64,000 nt of DNA from Myxococcales bacterium (GTDB lineage Bacteria; Myxococcota_A; Bradymonadia; UBA7976; UBA1532): contig JACKDN010000004.1 in NCBI GenBank assembly GCA_020633465.1, positions 307,828 through 371,827 of the forward strand, given 5' to 3'. The notes under the pieces were generated by a model. It saw only the letters and a list, made by a program, of their open reading frames with translations, did not search any database and was not told the origin of the DNA. Positions 19,163-29,134 of the stretch are shown here, in pieces (position 1 is the first letter of the stretch; every line of letters starts with the position of its first letter). A program made the translations under genes and the position numbers.

Positions 19163-20052
19163 CGCCCGCGGCGCTCGGCGCGGCTGCGCTGGCGGCGGGC
19201 TGGCTGTGGGCCGCGTTCGACCGCCGCGCCGGCCCCGTCGCGCGCGGGCTGCTGCGCGTCCTGCCCTTCTTCCTGCTGACCGGCGCGCTGCTGACCAGCG
19301 ATCCCTTCGTGCTGCGCAAGCTGGTGGGCCGGCTGGCGATGCCGCCCGCCTGGCTGTGGGCGGCGCTGTACGGCTGGAGCGTCGCGGCGCTGTACGCCGG
19401 CGCCCGCCGAACGGCGGCGGGCCTGGCCGCCCTGTGGCTCGTGCTCACCCTCAGCGGCAACGACCTGCTCACCCGCGCCGTCGTCCGCAGCCTCGAGGCC
19501 CCGTACCTGAACCTGCCGACCGACACGCGGTTCGACGTCGCCTACGTGCTCGGCGGCGGCAGCCAGGTGGGGCCCGACGGCCGCCCGACCCTGGGGCCCA
19601 GCGGCGATCGCATCCGCCAGGCCGCTCGGCTGTACCAGGACGGCCGCGCGCCGCTGCTGGTGACCGCCGGCACGGCCGTCGGCGGCTTCATGCAGGCGGT
19701 GCCCCGCGATCTGGGGGCCGAGACCGCCGCGCTGTGGGCCGAGATGGGCATCCCGAAGGACGCCATCCTGCGCCTCGAGGGGCCCCGCACGACGGGCGAG
19801 GAGATGGCGCTGCTGGCCCGAGAGGCGAAGACGCGCGGCTGGCGGCGCGTGGCCCTCGTCACCAGCGCCTGGCACCTGCGCCGGGCCTTGCGCCACGCGG
19901 CGCACCACGGCCTGGACGCGACGCCGGTGCCCGCCGACTTCCGAGGCGGTCACCCGCAGTGGACGGTGGTGAGCCTGGCCCCCTCGGCGACCTCGCTGTA
20001 CGTGTTGCGGCTGGCGCTGTGGGAGTACCTGGCGACGCTCGTGTCGCCCTGA
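19159..20052 (+). CDS. DUF218 (YdcF/ElyC/SanA-like) membrane protein
   Basis: The GTG start overlaps the previous stop (GTGA). It has N-terminal TM helices, then a DUF218-like core FDVAYVLGGG...RIRQAARLYQDGRAPLLVTAG...VALVTSAWHLRRA. Confidence 0.6.
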   Translation: MTPAALGAAALAAGWLWAAFDRRAGPVARGLLRVLPFFLLTGALLTSDPFVLRKLVGRLAMPPAWLWAALYGWSVAALYAGARRTAAGLAALWLVLTLSGNDLLTRAVVRSLEAPYLNLPTDTRFDVAYVLGGGSQVGPDGRPTLGPSGDRIRQAARLYQDGRAPLLVTAGTAVGGFMQAVPRDLGAETAALWAEMGIPKDAILRLEGPRTTGEEMALLAREAKTRGWRRVALVTSAWHLRRALRHAAHHGLDATPVPADFRGGHPQWTVVSLAPSATSLYVLRLALWEYLATLVSP

Positions 20053-20056
20053 CGGC

Positions 20057-21109
20057 TCAGGCCGCGGCGCGCTCCTCCCGCGCCCGGCCCTGCAGCGCGT
20101 CCAGCCGCGGCTCCATCACCGCGAACCAGGCCGGCGGCAGCAGCGCCAACAGCAGCATCGTGGCGTAGCCCGCCGGCAGCTGGGGGCTGTCGGCGTGGTG
20201 GCGCAGGATGGGGTACGGCCGGCTGGCCAGGTAGTGGTGATCGGCGTGGCGCGGCAGGCCGAACAGGTACAGGCCGGTCAGCCGATGCGCCGAGTTCCAC
20301 GAGTGGTCCGGGCCCACCCGCTCGTACCGACCCTCGCCGATCGCGGCGCGCTGCAGCCCGTAGTGCTCGACGTAGTTGATGACCTCGAGGTGCCCCACCG
20401 CCACGGCGCCCATGCCGAACAGCGCCAGCGCGCCGACCGGGCCGGTGAGCGCGGTCGTCAGCCCGTAGAGCGTCACCAGGCCCAGGGCGTAGCGCAGCCG
20501 CCGGTCGCGCAGCGTGCCGGCCTCGCCCCGCGCGACCGCCCGCTTCGCCTCGATGCGCCAGGCGCTGCGCACGCCGCCGAGGATGGAGCGGGGCAGGAAG
20601 CCGTACACCGTCTCGCCCCGCCGCGCGGTCGCCGGATCGAGCGGCGTCGCGACGTTCTTGTGGTGGCCGTACACGTGCTCGACGCAGAAGTGCGTGTAGG
20701 TGACCGTCGCGCACAGCAGCTCGGCCAGCCCGCGGTGCACCCGGTCCTTCCGGTGCATCAGCTCGTGCGCCACGTTCAGGCCGGCGGCGCCCACGACGCC
20801 CGCCGACAGCACCAGCCCCACCGCCTCCAGCGGGGGCCGCCCCTGGACGGCCACGGCCCACGCGGTCCACGCCATCACCCCCAGCTGCAGCGGGATCCAG
20901 GCCAGCAGCACCCGATCGAACCACGGGTTCGCCAGCCGCGCGGCCTCGTCCTCGGCGTTGCGCGTGTCGAGCCCGAGCACCGCGTCGAGACCCGGCGTCA
21001 GCACGAAGACGAAGATCAGCGTGGCGAAGGCCCACGCGCCGCCCAGGCTCAGGCCCAGGGCCGCGGTCAGCGGGACGACGTAGGCGATCAGGTACGGCAG
21101 CGCGGCCAT
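20057..21109 (-). CDS. AlkB-like integral-membrane non-heme di-iron hydroxylase (alkane 1-monooxygenase / fatty-acid desaturase superfamily)
   Basis: The His boxes HELMHRK, EHVYGHH and HADHH are present, with NYVEHYGL (the AlkB NYxEHYG signature) and multiple TM helices. Confidence 0.75.
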   Translation of the reverse strand: MAALPYLIAYVVPLTAALGLSLGGAWAFATLIFVFVLTPGLDAVLGLDTRNAEDEAARLANPWFDRVLLAWIPLQLGVMAWTAWAVAVQGRPPLEAVGLVLSAGVVGAAGLNVAHELMHRKDRVHRGLAELLCATVTYTHFCVEHVYGHHKNVATPLDPATARRGETVYGFLPRSILGGVRSAWRIEAKRAVARGEAGTLRDRRLRYALGLVTLYGLTTALTGPVGALALFGMGAVAVGHLEVINYVEHYGLQRAAIGEGRYERVGPDHSWNSAHRLTGLYLFGLPRHADHHYLASRPYPILRHHADSPQLPAGYATMLLLALLPPAWFAVMEPRLDALQGRAREERAAA

Positions 21110-21182
21110 GGGGCACCTCCAGAGGATGTGCCGCCGACTTTATCTACCCGTCAGTAGATTCGCAAACCCGAACGAGGCCCGG

Positions 21183-22037
21183 TCAGTCGATCGCGTCGTC
21201 TTCCTCGCCCTCCTGCGCGTGCACCGTCTCTTCGAGGAACACCGTGTTCGGCACGGCCGCCATGCCCCGCTCGGTCTCGATGAGGGTCTGCGTCGCCGTG
21301 ATGCCCCGCAGCGTGCCCGCCGCGTCGCGCACCTGGATGTGATCGCCCGAGCGGAACACCTTGCGCGCGTAGAAGCCGCTGATCAGGTTGCGCGTGAAGT
21401 CGCGCGTGCCCAGCCCCACCGAGAGGCCGAACGCCAGCGCCATGCCCGCCAGCGCGCAGGCGGTCACCAGCCGCACGATGTCGGTGTCGATCTTGAGCTG
21501 GCTGATCGCGGTCAGCGCGAACACGAAGGTGATGGCGCCCGACACCACGCGCCCGAGGGCCGGCCCGAAGTCCAGGCCGCTCTCCTCGGCCACCCGCGCG
21601 ATCGTCGAGCCCACGCTCTGCGCCGCCCACATGCCGAAGAACAGCAGCAGCATCGCCGCCGCCACGTTGGGCAGGTAGTCCAGGATGCTGCCGATGGCCT
21701 GCGCCACCGCGTCCAACCCCAGCGCGTCGGCCGCCGCCCCGGCGAAGACGAACAGCAGCACGAAGTAGAGGATCTTCGGCAGCACCTCGGCCAGCGAGTG
21801 GACACCCATCCGTCTCAGCGCGTCGTCGATGCCCACGCGCTTCACCGCGTCGTCGACGTGCAGGCGCACCAGGGCGGCGCGCAGCACCTTGCGGATCACG
21901 CTGGCCAGCACCAGCGCGCCCACCACCAGCACGATGGTCAGCACCACCCGCGGCAGCGCGTTCATCAGGCCGTCGAACCACCCCAGCGCCGTATCGCGCA
22001 TCCGCTCCGCGACACCCAGCGCCGTCGCCTCAGCCAT
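21183..22037 (-). CDS. Mechanosensitive ion channel (MscS family)
   Basis: It has TM helices and the MscS beta-domain-like segment FRSGDHIQVRDAAGTLRGITATQTLIETERGMAAVPN. It overlaps the upstream small ORF by 8 nt. Confidence 0.7.
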   Translation of the reverse strand: MAEATALGVAERMRDTALGWFDGLMNALPRVVLTIVLVVGALVLASVIRKVLRAALVRLHVDDAVKRVGIDDALRRMGVHSLAEVLPKILYFVLLFVFAGAAADALGLDAVAQAIGSILDYLPNVAAAMLLLFFGMWAAQSVGSTIARVAEESGLDFGPALGRVVSGAITFVFALTAISQLKIDTDIVRLVTACALAGMALAFGLSVGLGTRDFTRNLISGFYARKVFRSGDHIQVRDAAGTLRGITATQTLIETERGMAAVPNTVFLEETVHAQEGEEDDAID

Positions 22038-22302
22038 CGTCCTCGCTCCTCTTCGGGGGGGTGCGCCGCGCCGCGTCCTTCGCGCCGAACAGCACGCGCA
22101 GCATCTCGACCGTCCAGGCCACCGGCGCCTCCCAGAACAGCGTCGTCACGTCGCCGGCCAGCTGCCGGCGCTCGATGCGCCGATGCAGCCGCCGCCGGAA
22201 GCCCGGCGCCATCGGCTCGCCCAGATCGCGCAGCTCGGCGATCGGCTCGCCGAGCTCGTCCTCCTCGTCGGCGAGGCGGCGGTCCTCGTCGTCGCGGCTC
22301 AA
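22030..22302 (-). CDS. Hypothetical acidic protein, possibly an anti-sigma factor
   Basis: A 90-aa ORF whose ATG overlaps the ECF sigma stop (ATGA) and whose 3' end overlaps the MscS start. It has no recognisable Zn-finger or TM signature. Confidence 0.4.
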   Translation of the reverse strand: MSRDDEDRRLADEEDELGEPIAELRDLGEPMAPGFRRRLHRRIERRQLAGDVTTLFWEAPVAWTVEMLRVLFGAKDAARRTPPKRSEDDG

Positions 22303-22934
22303 TGCGCGGCTCGCTGGGCGTACTCGGCCCGGAACTGCTCGCGCCCGCGCTTGATGCGCATCTTCACCGCCGACAGCCCGACCCCCAGCTCGTCGGCGAT
22401 CTCCTGGTAGCTCAGCTGGTCGAGATCCCGCATCACCAGCGGCACGCGCAGCGTGTCGGGCAGCGTCTCGAGCACCTCGCCGATCAGCCGCCGCGCGTCC
22501 TGCCGCTCGAGCCCGCGGTCGGCGTCCGGCCCCGCCCGCAGCGGATCCGGGGGCGCGTCCCCGCCGACGTCGAGATCGACGTGCCGGCGCACCTTCTGCT
22601 TGGCCAGATAGTTCAGGCAGTGGTTGATCTTGATGCGGTGGATCCAGGTCTTGAAGGTCGACCGCCCCTCGAACCGCTTCAGCGCGAAGTAGGCTTTCAC
22701 GAACACGTCCTGCGCCAGGTCCTCGGCCTCGGACGGTCGGCGGGTGAGGTAGCGACAGTTCGCCTTCACCCGCTCCTGGTGGCGCCGCACCAGCACGTCG
22801 AAGGCCCGGCGGTCGCCCGCCACCGACCCCCGCACCCGCGCCACCAGCTCCTCGTCGCTCCGGTCGTCGAAGCGCCCCAACCGCCTCTCCCGCCGCCCTG
22901 GACCGGTCAGGTCCACGAAGGTCACAACGCGCAT
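22299..22934 (-). CDS. ECF (RpoE-like) RNA polymerase sigma factor
   Basis: Region 2 is DLAQDVFVKAYFALKRFEGRSTFKTWIHRIKINHCLNY. Region 4 is LPDTLRVPLVMRDLDQLSYQEIADELGVGLSAVKMRIKRGRE. Confidence 0.85.
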   Translation of the reverse strand: MRVVTFVDLTGPGRRERRLGRFDDRSDEELVARVRGSVAGDRRAFDVLVRRHQERVKANCRYLTRRPSEAEDLAQDVFVKAYFALKRFEGRSTFKTWIHRIKINHCLNYLAKQKVRRHVDLDVGGDAPPDPLRAGPDADRGLERQDARRLIGEVLETLPDTLRVPLVMRDLDQLSYQEIADELGVGLSAVKMRIKRGREQFRAEYAQRAAH

Positions 22935-23012
22935 CGTGTTCGAGGCAGGAAACGCGGCGCCGCCGACGGCGTCAAGACCGTCGGCGACGGGAGCCGGGCG
23001 CTCGGCCCACGG

Positions 23013-24974
23013 TCAGTTGCTCTGGGCGAGCAGCGCGGCCTTCTTCACCAGCTGAACGAACTCGAAGCGGTAGCTCTCGCCGTCGTCGCCCATCGCGCCC
23101 TTGGCCTGCTGCGCGACGGCGTCCCAGGTCAGGTCGCCCTTGAACTTCGAGTCGCGCAGCAGCATGCCGAAGCCGGCCACCGCCGCCGAGAACCGGAAGT
23201 CGGCGCTGGTCTTGGCGAGGGGCGTCTCGGCGTCGATCACCGGGTGCGTGATCAGCTTGCTCGTGTCGCCGTCGGGCGCCTTGTAGCGCAGCTTCACCGT
23301 CATCAGCTCGGGCGACTTCTTCGCCGCCTCGCTGACGCCGCCCGTCTGGTACTTCAGCGCGTCGACGCCGGGGATGGCCTCGTCGCTGCCGGCGGGGATG
23401 ATCTCGTACAGCACGGTCACCGAGTGGCCCGCGCCCAGCTCGCCCGCGTCCTTCTTGTCGTCGTTGAAGTCCTCGTTGGCCAGCGCCCGGTTCTCGTAGC
23501 CCACCAGCCGATAACCCTTCACCTTCGCGGGGTTGAACTCGACCTGGATCTTCACGTCCTTGGCGATGGTCAAGAGCGTGCCGCCCATCTCGGTCACCAG
23601 CACCTTCTTCGCCTCGAGGATGCTGTCGATGTAGGCCGCGTTGCCGTTGCCCTTGTTCGACAGCTTCTCCATCTTCGCGTCCTGGTAGTTGCCGCGCCCG
23701 AAGCCGAGGATGGTGAGGAACACGCCGCTCTCGCGCTCCTGCTCGATCATGCGCTCGAGCTCGCCGTCGCTCGACGCGCCGACGTTGAAGTCACCGTCGG
23801 TGGCCAGGATGATCCGGTTGTTGCCGCCCTTCACGAAGTTGTCCCGCGCCACCTTGTAGGCCAGCTTGATGCCGGCCCCACCCGCGGTGCTGCCCCCCGC
23901 CGACAGCCGATCGATGGCGGCCAGGATCTCGGGCTTCTGCTTGCCCGGCGTCGACGGCAGCACCAGGCCGGCCGCGCCGGCGTACACGACGATGGCCACG
24001 CGATCCTGGGGGCGCAGGTTGTCCACCAGCAGGCGGAACGCGGCCTTCAGCAGAGGCAGCTTGTCCGGGCTGTTCATCGAGCCCGACACGTCGAACAGGA
24101 ACACCAGGTTCGAGGGCGGCAGCGCGGCGGTGTCGACCTTCAGCCCCTGCAGCCCGATGTGCACCAGCCGGTGCTTCGGGTTCCAGGGCGCGGTGCTGAC
24201 CTCGGTGTGCACGGCGAAGGGCACGTCGTCCTTGGGGCCGGCGTAATCGTAGGTGAAGTAGTTGATCAGCTCCTCGATGCGCACCGCGTCCTTCGGGGGC
24301 ATGCGGCTCTCGCCCAGGATGCGGCGCACGTTGGCGTAGCTGGCCGTGTCGACGTCGATCGAGAAGGTCGACAGCGGATCGCGCAGGGCCGACTTGAAGG
24401 TGTTCTCCTCGATGCGATCGTAGGCCTCGCGGTTCATCTCGGGCTGGGCCGGCTCGCGGGGGGCCACCGCGATGCCGGCGGGGGGAGGCGCCAGCGCGGC
24501 CGCGCCCGACGCCATGTCGAAGGGGTTGCGGCTGTCGCGCCGCGAGCGCGCCTTCATCTTCTTGGACGGGCGGCGCGTGGGCTTCGGCATCGGCTTGGCC
24601 TCCCGCTTCTCGGCCTCTTCGGCCGCCACGGGCTCGGGGCTGGGCGTCTTGGCCGGTACCGGGCGCAGGGTCAGGTTCAACGTCGCCGTCTTGCCGGCCG
24701 CGACGGTCACCGTGCCGGTCGCCGCCGAGTAGCCCGGCTTCGACGCCTTCACGGTGTGCTGCCCGGCGGGCAGACCAGCCAGCGCGTAGCTGCCGTCGCG
24801 GCCGGTGGTCGTCTTGGCGCCGGCCGCCGCCACCTCGACGGTCACGCCGGCCAGCGGCCCGCCGCCGGCCGCCGTCACCTTGCCCTTCACCCCGCCCGTG
24901 GCCTGGGCCCAGGCGATGCCCAGGCCCAGGATGAGCGCCATCCCCACGCCGAAACCGATGTGACCGCGTCGCAT
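23013..24974 (-). CDS. Secreted von Willebrand factor A domain protein (YfbK-like) with an N-terminal carboxypeptidase-regulatory-like domain
   Basis: Signal peptide MRRGHIGFGVGMALILGLGIAWA. A CarbopepD_reg-like segment (GKVTAAGGGPLAGVTVEV...GRDGSYALAGL). A vWA MIDAS region (LVFLFDVSGSMNSPDKLPLL...ILATDGDFNVG). The C-terminal region resembles YfbK (DUF3520-like). GGAGGG lies 6 nt upstream of the ATG. Confidence 0.8.
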   Translation of the reverse strand: MRRGHIGFGVGMALILGLGIAWAQATGGVKGKVTAAGGGPLAGVTVEVAAAGAKTTTGRDGSYALAGLPAGQHTVKASKPGYSAATGTVTVAAGKTATLNLTLRPVPAKTPSPEPVAAEEAEKREAKPMPKPTRRPSKKMKARSRRDSRNPFDMASGAAALAPPPAGIAVAPREPAQPEMNREAYDRIEENTFKSALRDPLSTFSIDVDTASYANVRRILGESRMPPKDAVRIEELINYFTYDYAGPKDDVPFAVHTEVSTAPWNPKHRLVHIGLQGLKVDTAALPPSNLVFLFDVSGSMNSPDKLPLLKAAFRLLVDNLRPQDRVAIVVYAGAAGLVLPSTPGKQKPEILAAIDRLSAGGSTAGGAGIKLAYKVARDNFVKGGNNRIILATDGDFNVGASSDGELERMIEQERESGVFLTILGFGRGNYQDAKMEKLSNKGNGNAAYIDSILEAKKVLVTEMGGTLLTIAKDVKIQVEFNPAKVKGYRLVGYENRALANEDFNDDKKDAGELGAGHSVTVLYEIIPAGSDEAIPGVDALKYQTGGVSEAAKKSPELMTVKLRYKAPDGDTSKLITHPVIDAETPLAKTSADFRFSAAVAGFGMLLRDSKFKGDLTWDAVAQQAKGAMGDDGESYRFEFVQLVKKAALLAQSN

Positions 24975-25070
24975 GTTCGTCCCTCCGCTGAGTCCGTTTG
25001 CCGACCCTACCCCGCCGGCTCGGCTGGGTATACGGTCGGGGCCGGACGAGGATCTGACGGAGGTGAGATC

Positions 25071-25286
25071 GTGTTGAAACGAGCCGAGACCGTGACGCAG
25101 CGCGTGCAGCTCGTGAAGCTGGCCGGCGCCGAGGGCAGGCCGGTGTGGGTCAACCCGGCGAACGTCACCTGCGTCGAGCCGCTCGAGAGCGGCGCGCTGG
25201 TGACGGTGCTGGGGGGCGGCACGGTGCAGGTGACCGACAACGCCGAGCGCGCGGTGCAGCTGCTGATGGGCGAGCTCTATTCCTGA
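25071..25286 (+). CDS. Small hypothetical protein (71 aa)
   Basis: A GTG has GGAGGTGA upstream. The ORF lies at the end of an otherwise artefactual long ORF. It is convergent with the ParB-like gene and overlaps it by about 10 nt. Confidence 0.35.
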   Translation: MLKRAETVTQRVQLVKLAGAEGRPVWVNPANVTCVEPLESGALVTVLGGGTVQVTDNAERAVQLLMGELYS

Positions 25287-26125
25287 GCGCCGTCGTCGCC
25301 CGGTGGCTCGGGGGGCGGCGCGCTGACCAACGCCACCGCCGCCTCGACCACGTCGACCGCGTGCCGCAGCGTCTCGGCGTGCTCGTTGTCGGGGTGCAGG
25401 TCGAGGAAGGTGCGCAGATCGGTGACCAGCCGCCGCATGCGGCCCACGGGCGGCTTCGCGGGCGCGGCCGGCTGCGGGCTGCCGTGCACCTTGCGCCAAG
25501 CGGCCGTGACGCTGCGCTCGTTGAGCAGCTTGCGCAGCTCGGCGGCCTCGTCCGGGCGCGAGCCGCTCTCCAGCGCGTCGATGTGCTCCACCACCTCGAG
25601 GCCCTTCTCGAGCGTCCGCGGCTTCTTGCCCAGGCGGCGCGCGGCCTCGGTGGTCGCCTCCTTCTCCAGCTTCGCGTCCACCGGCGGCGGCAACCCGTCG
25701 TCCTCGACCTCGACCTCGGGCGCCGCCTCGGCGACCGGCGTCGGCGCCTCGGGCGCCGGGCGCCGCCGCGACCGCTTCACCCGCAGCGCCTTCAGGTGCG
25801 CGAACTCGCGCACCCGCTGCTCGTTGGTCGGCTCGCGCTGCCGGTTGGCCTCGATGACCAGCTCCTCGACCTCGAGCGGATCGCCCACCGGCCGCACCAG
25901 CACCGGCACCTCGCTCAGCCCCAGGCGCCGCGCGGCGTCCAGGCGGCGGTGCCCGCTGATGACCGTGCCGTCGGGCGTCACCAGCAGCGGGTGGATGATG
26001 CCGTGCATCTGCACCCGGGCCACCAGCTCGTCGTCGGCGCGGTCGCCGTAGATGGCGTCGTTGAGGGGGTGCCCGCGCAGGTCGGCGACCGGCAGGCGGC
26101 GGACGGTCATCGCATCATCGGCCAT
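25277..26125 (-). CDS. ParB/Srx-fold (ParB-like nuclease domain) protein, orphan
   Basis: The N-terminal ParB box is LLVTPDGTVISGHRRLDAARRLGLSEVPV, with the GxRR motif. The C-terminal half is charged and low-complexity. No parA or parS context is present. It is the last gene of a six-gene co-directional cluster. Confidence 0.65.
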   Translation of the reverse strand: MADDAMTVRRLPVADLRGHPLNDAIYGDRADDELVARVQMHGIIHPLLVTPDGTVISGHRRLDAARRLGLSEVPVLVRPVGDPLEVEELVIEANRQREPTNEQRVREFAHLKALRVKRSRRRPAPEAPTPVAEAAPEVEVEDDGLPPPVDAKLEKEATTEAARRLGKKPRTLEKGLEVVEHIDALESGSRPDEAAELRKLLNERSVTAAWRKVHGSPQPAAPAKPPVGRMRRLVTDLRTFLDLHPDNEHAETLRHAVDVVEAAVALVSAPPPEPPGDDGAQE

Positions 26126-26159
26126 GGCCGCCGCATGTAGCACGACGCCGGGCGCGGGA

Positions 26160-27176
26160 TCACCCCCGGCGGCGCGCGACCAGGCGGCCGGCCGCGCCGA
26201 TGGCGCGTCGAGTGAGGCGCGTGGCGCGATCGCGGGTCGGCGCGGCGACGCCGTCGGGCGCCCGCAGCCAGTCGGCGGACGGCCCGCGGTCGAGCACCCC
26301 GTCCAGGTTGTAGACGTTGATCTGGTGGGCCGGCACCCCGGCCGCGGCCGCGGCGGCGAGGTCGGCGGCCAGGTCGGCGGGATCGGCGTACAGCTTCGAC
26401 GGATACACGCCCTCGCCCACCAGCCCCAGGTCGAGCCCCGCGCGGTCGCCGAAGTGGCGCCGCCCGTCGCGCCCGTAGGTCTGCACCAGGTGCGGCCCGT
26501 ACAGCCGGCCGCCCAAGCGCTGGCCCAGCAGCGCGCAGGCCGCGTCGGCGAACAGCGTGCGATACGCCTGCAGGCTGACGACGTCCCAGTCGGCCGCGTC
26601 CACCGGCAGGCCCAGGGCGTCGCGCAGCGCGCGGCCCCCCACCCCGCCGCCGTCGACCACGAAGGGCAGCGTGGTCAGGTGCACCCGCCAGCCCTCGACG
26701 TGCAGGCCGTCGACCAGCGCGCGGTAGGTGCCCTCGGCCGCCCGCACCCGCTCGGCGCTCGGCGCCGCCCGCAGCGCGGCCCACGCGGTGCGCAGATCCG
26801 GCGGCCGCCGCCGCAGCGCCGTCTCGAGCGCCATCACGCGGCCGTGCGCCGGCTCGAGATCCACCACCAGCGTCGTCGGCGCGTGGCCCCGCGCCACCCA
26901 CGCCCGCGTCAGCGAGGTCGCCGCCGCCGCGAACACCTTGGCGTTGTCGGCGCCCGCCCAGTAGCCGTCGTCCTCGGCCAGCAGCAGCCAGGGCCGCACC
27001 TCGACGCCGGCGCGCTCGGCCGCGTCGACCAACGCCCACCGCGCGTCCTCGGCGGGATCGGTCACCTTCCACGCCAGGTTGACCGCCAGCCCGCGCGACG
27101 CCAGCAGCGGCAGGGCCTCGGCGACCGCCGCGGGCGCGACGAACTCGGCCCAGAGGCCAGCGAAGGGCGGTGGCAT
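26160..27176 (-). CDS. Hypothetical protein of unknown family
   Basis: MPPPFAGLWAEF... has its ATG overlapping the helicase stop (TGATG). No family is recognised by eye. The N-terminal 5' extension in the track ORF is an artefact. Confidence 0.45.
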   Translation of the reverse strand: MPPPFAGLWAEFVAPAAVAEALPLLASRGLAVNLAWKVTDPAEDARWALVDAAERAGVEVRPWLLLAEDDGYWAGADNAKVFAAAATSLTRAWVARGHAPTTLVVDLEPAHGRVMALETALRRRPPDLRTAWAALRAAPSAERVRAAEGTYRALVDGLHVEGWRVHLTTLPFVVDGGGVGGRALRDALGLPVDAADWDVVSLQAYRTLFADAACALLGQRLGGRLYGPHLVQTYGRDGRRHFGDRAGLDLGLVGEGVYPSKLYADPADLAADLAAAAAAGVPAHQINVYNLDGVLDRGPSADWLRAPDGVAAPTRDRATRLTRRAIGAAGRLVARRRG

Positions 27177-29095
27177 CAAGCGTCGAAGGGGGGCGCGTCG
27201 TCGGTCCACGCGCTGATCCAGGCGCCGCGCGCCTCGACCACCTCGAGGAAGGCGGCGAAGTCGGCGTGGCGGCCCAGCGTGGCGGTGTCGGCGATGACCA
27301 TCAGGAAGCGGCGCGCGCGGGTGAGCGCGACGTTCAGGCGGCGGCGGTCGCTCACGAAGCCCACGTCGCCTTGCGCGTTGCTGCGCACCAGATCGACGAC
27401 GATCGCCTCCTTCTCGCGCCCTTGAAAACCGTCCACCGTGCCGATCTCGAGCCCCTCGGCCACGGCGTCGGCCAGCGCGTCCACCAGCCGGCGCCGCTGC
27501 GCGTCGTAGGGCGTGATCACGGCCAGGTCGGTCGGCGCCAGACCCCGCCCCAGCAGGCGCCGCACCTCGGCCTCGGTGCGCGCCGCCTGCCCGTCGTTGT
27601 AGCTGCTGCCGCCCGGCTGCTCCTGCGCGTCGTCCCAGCCCTTGCCCGCCGTGTCGATCAACACCAGCGGCGCGTCGCGCAGCGGATCGGCGGCCACGCC
27701 GGGCAGCTCTTCCAGCCGGTGCGCGGCCACGCTGGGGTGCGCCTCGAGCTTGCCCTGGTAGCGGCTGGCGGACGGAAAGGCCATGAGATCCGCGTGCATG
27801 CGGTACTGCACGTTCAGCATGCGCACCGTCAGCGGCCAGCGCTTCGCCATGCGCTCGAAGATCGTGCGCCCCAGGCCCGCGCGCTCGGCCTCCTGATCCA
27901 GCACCGTCGGCGGCAGCTGCTCGGGATCGCCCGCCATCACCACCTTGGCCGCCCGCTGCATCGCCACCAGCGCCACGGGATCCGGCGCCTGCGTCGCCTC
28001 GTCCAGCAGCAGCACGTCGAAGCGCCGCTTCGCCAGCAGGTCGGCGTCCGCGCCGGCCGCCGTCGACAGCACCACCTGGCTGTGCTCGAGGATGCTCGCC
28101 TGCGCCCGCCGCAGCTGCGCCCGCGCGTCTCCCTCCAGCCTCCGCGCCTCGCGGTGCATCTCGAGCCGCTCGTCGCGCCCCAGCGTGCCGCGCGCGCGCT
28201 TCGCCTCGATCTTGTGCCTCAGCTGCCGCGCGTCGGCCATCCAGCTTCGCGCCAGCTGATAGCCCTCGGTGTGCTCGATCAGGCGGTCCAGCGAGCGCGC
28301 CTCGACGGCCGGCGCCACCCGCGCCGGGTGCCCCAGCCTCACCACCTCGACGCCCGCGTCGGTCAGCCGCTCGGCCAGGTTGTCGACCGCCACGTTGCTC
28401 ATCGCGCAGGCCAGCACCGTCTCGCCGCGCGCCGCGAGCTGCCGCGCGATCTCGACCAGCGTGCGCGTCTTGCCCGTGCCCGGCGGCCCGTGCACCAACG
28501 CGATCTCGCGCGCGCGCAGCGCGGTGTCGGTGGCCTCCATCTGGCTCAGATCCAGGCCCGCGTCGAACGGGGTCCACGCCGGCGTCGACTCGATGGCCGG
28601 CGCCAGGTCGCCCCACAGCACCTGCCGCAGCCGGCCCTCGTCGGTCTTGCCCGGCGCGTCGCGGAAGGCGGCGATGGCCTTGTCGCCGCGCTCGAAGGTG
28701 GCCTGGGGATCGTCGCGGTCGACGTTGAAGTGGCCGTTGAGCAGCCGATCGGGCACCTCGCCGTCGACCATCACGCCGAGCTGCCCGCGGCGGTAGCGGG
28801 CCACGGTCGCGCGTTGCGCCGACTCGTCGTCGGGCTCGGTCCACCACAGCCGCACCGGATCACCCGGGCCGATGCGCGCCCGATCCAGGTCCGGCGCGGT
28901 CAGCCACAGCAGCGTGCGGTCGCCGGGCGCGGCGGCCACCTCGACCACCTCGGCCCGGCGGACGGCGTCGCCGGCCAGCACGCGCGCCGACAGGGGCACG
29001 CCGGCGCGCTGGGCCTGCAGGCGCGCGGTGCTGGCCGCGCGCTCGCGGTTCCACAGGCTCTGCAGCTCGTCGAGGGCCTCGCGCCAGGTGGCCAT
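27176..29095 (-). CDS. Superfamily-1 helicase of the Upf1-like family (AAA_11/AAA_12; DNA2/NAM7/IGHMBP2-like)
   Basis: Walker A is LVHGPPGTGKT and Walker B is LLLDEATQA. It also has VVMAGDPEQLPPTV, VQYRMH, IGTVDGFQGREKEAIVV, and LNVALTRARRFLMVIAD. Confidence 0.75.
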   Translation of the reverse strand: MATWREALDELQSLWNRERAASTARLQAQRAGVPLSARVLAGDAVRRAEVVEVAAAPGDRTLLWLTAPDLDRARIGPGDPVRLWWTEPDDESAQRATVARYRRGQLGVMVDGEVPDRLLNGHFNVDRDDPQATFERGDKAIAAFRDAPGKTDEGRLRQVLWGDLAPAIESTPAWTPFDAGLDLSQMEATDTALRAREIALVHGPPGTGKTRTLVEIARQLAARGETVLACAMSNVAVDNLAERLTDAGVEVVRLGHPARVAPAVEARSLDRLIEHTEGYQLARSWMADARQLRHKIEAKRARGTLGRDERLEMHREARRLEGDARAQLRRAQASILEHSQVVLSTAAGADADLLAKRRFDVLLLDEATQAPDPVALVAMQRAAKVVMAGDPEQLPPTVLDQEAERAGLGRTIFERMAKRWPLTVRMLNVQYRMHADLMAFPSASRYQGKLEAHPSVAAHRLEELPGVAADPLRDAPLVLIDTAGKGWDDAQEQPGGSSYNDGQAARTEAEVRRLLGRGLAPTDLAVITPYDAQRRRLVDALADAVAEGLEIGTVDGFQGREKEAIVVDLVRSNAQGDVGFVSDRRRLNVALTRARRFLMVIADTATLGRHADFAAFLEVVEARGAWISAWTDDAPPFDA

Positions 29096-29134
29096 GCCGC
29101 CGCTCCGGGGTGCCGGGGGAGCCGACACGATACC

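Noticed and set aside
21108-25286. 1392-aa + strand ORF
   Set aside because: It lies antisense to the MscS, ECF sigma and vWA genes, which all have clear family signatures. Only its last ~71 codons (25071-25286) have a plausible start and ribosome-binding site.
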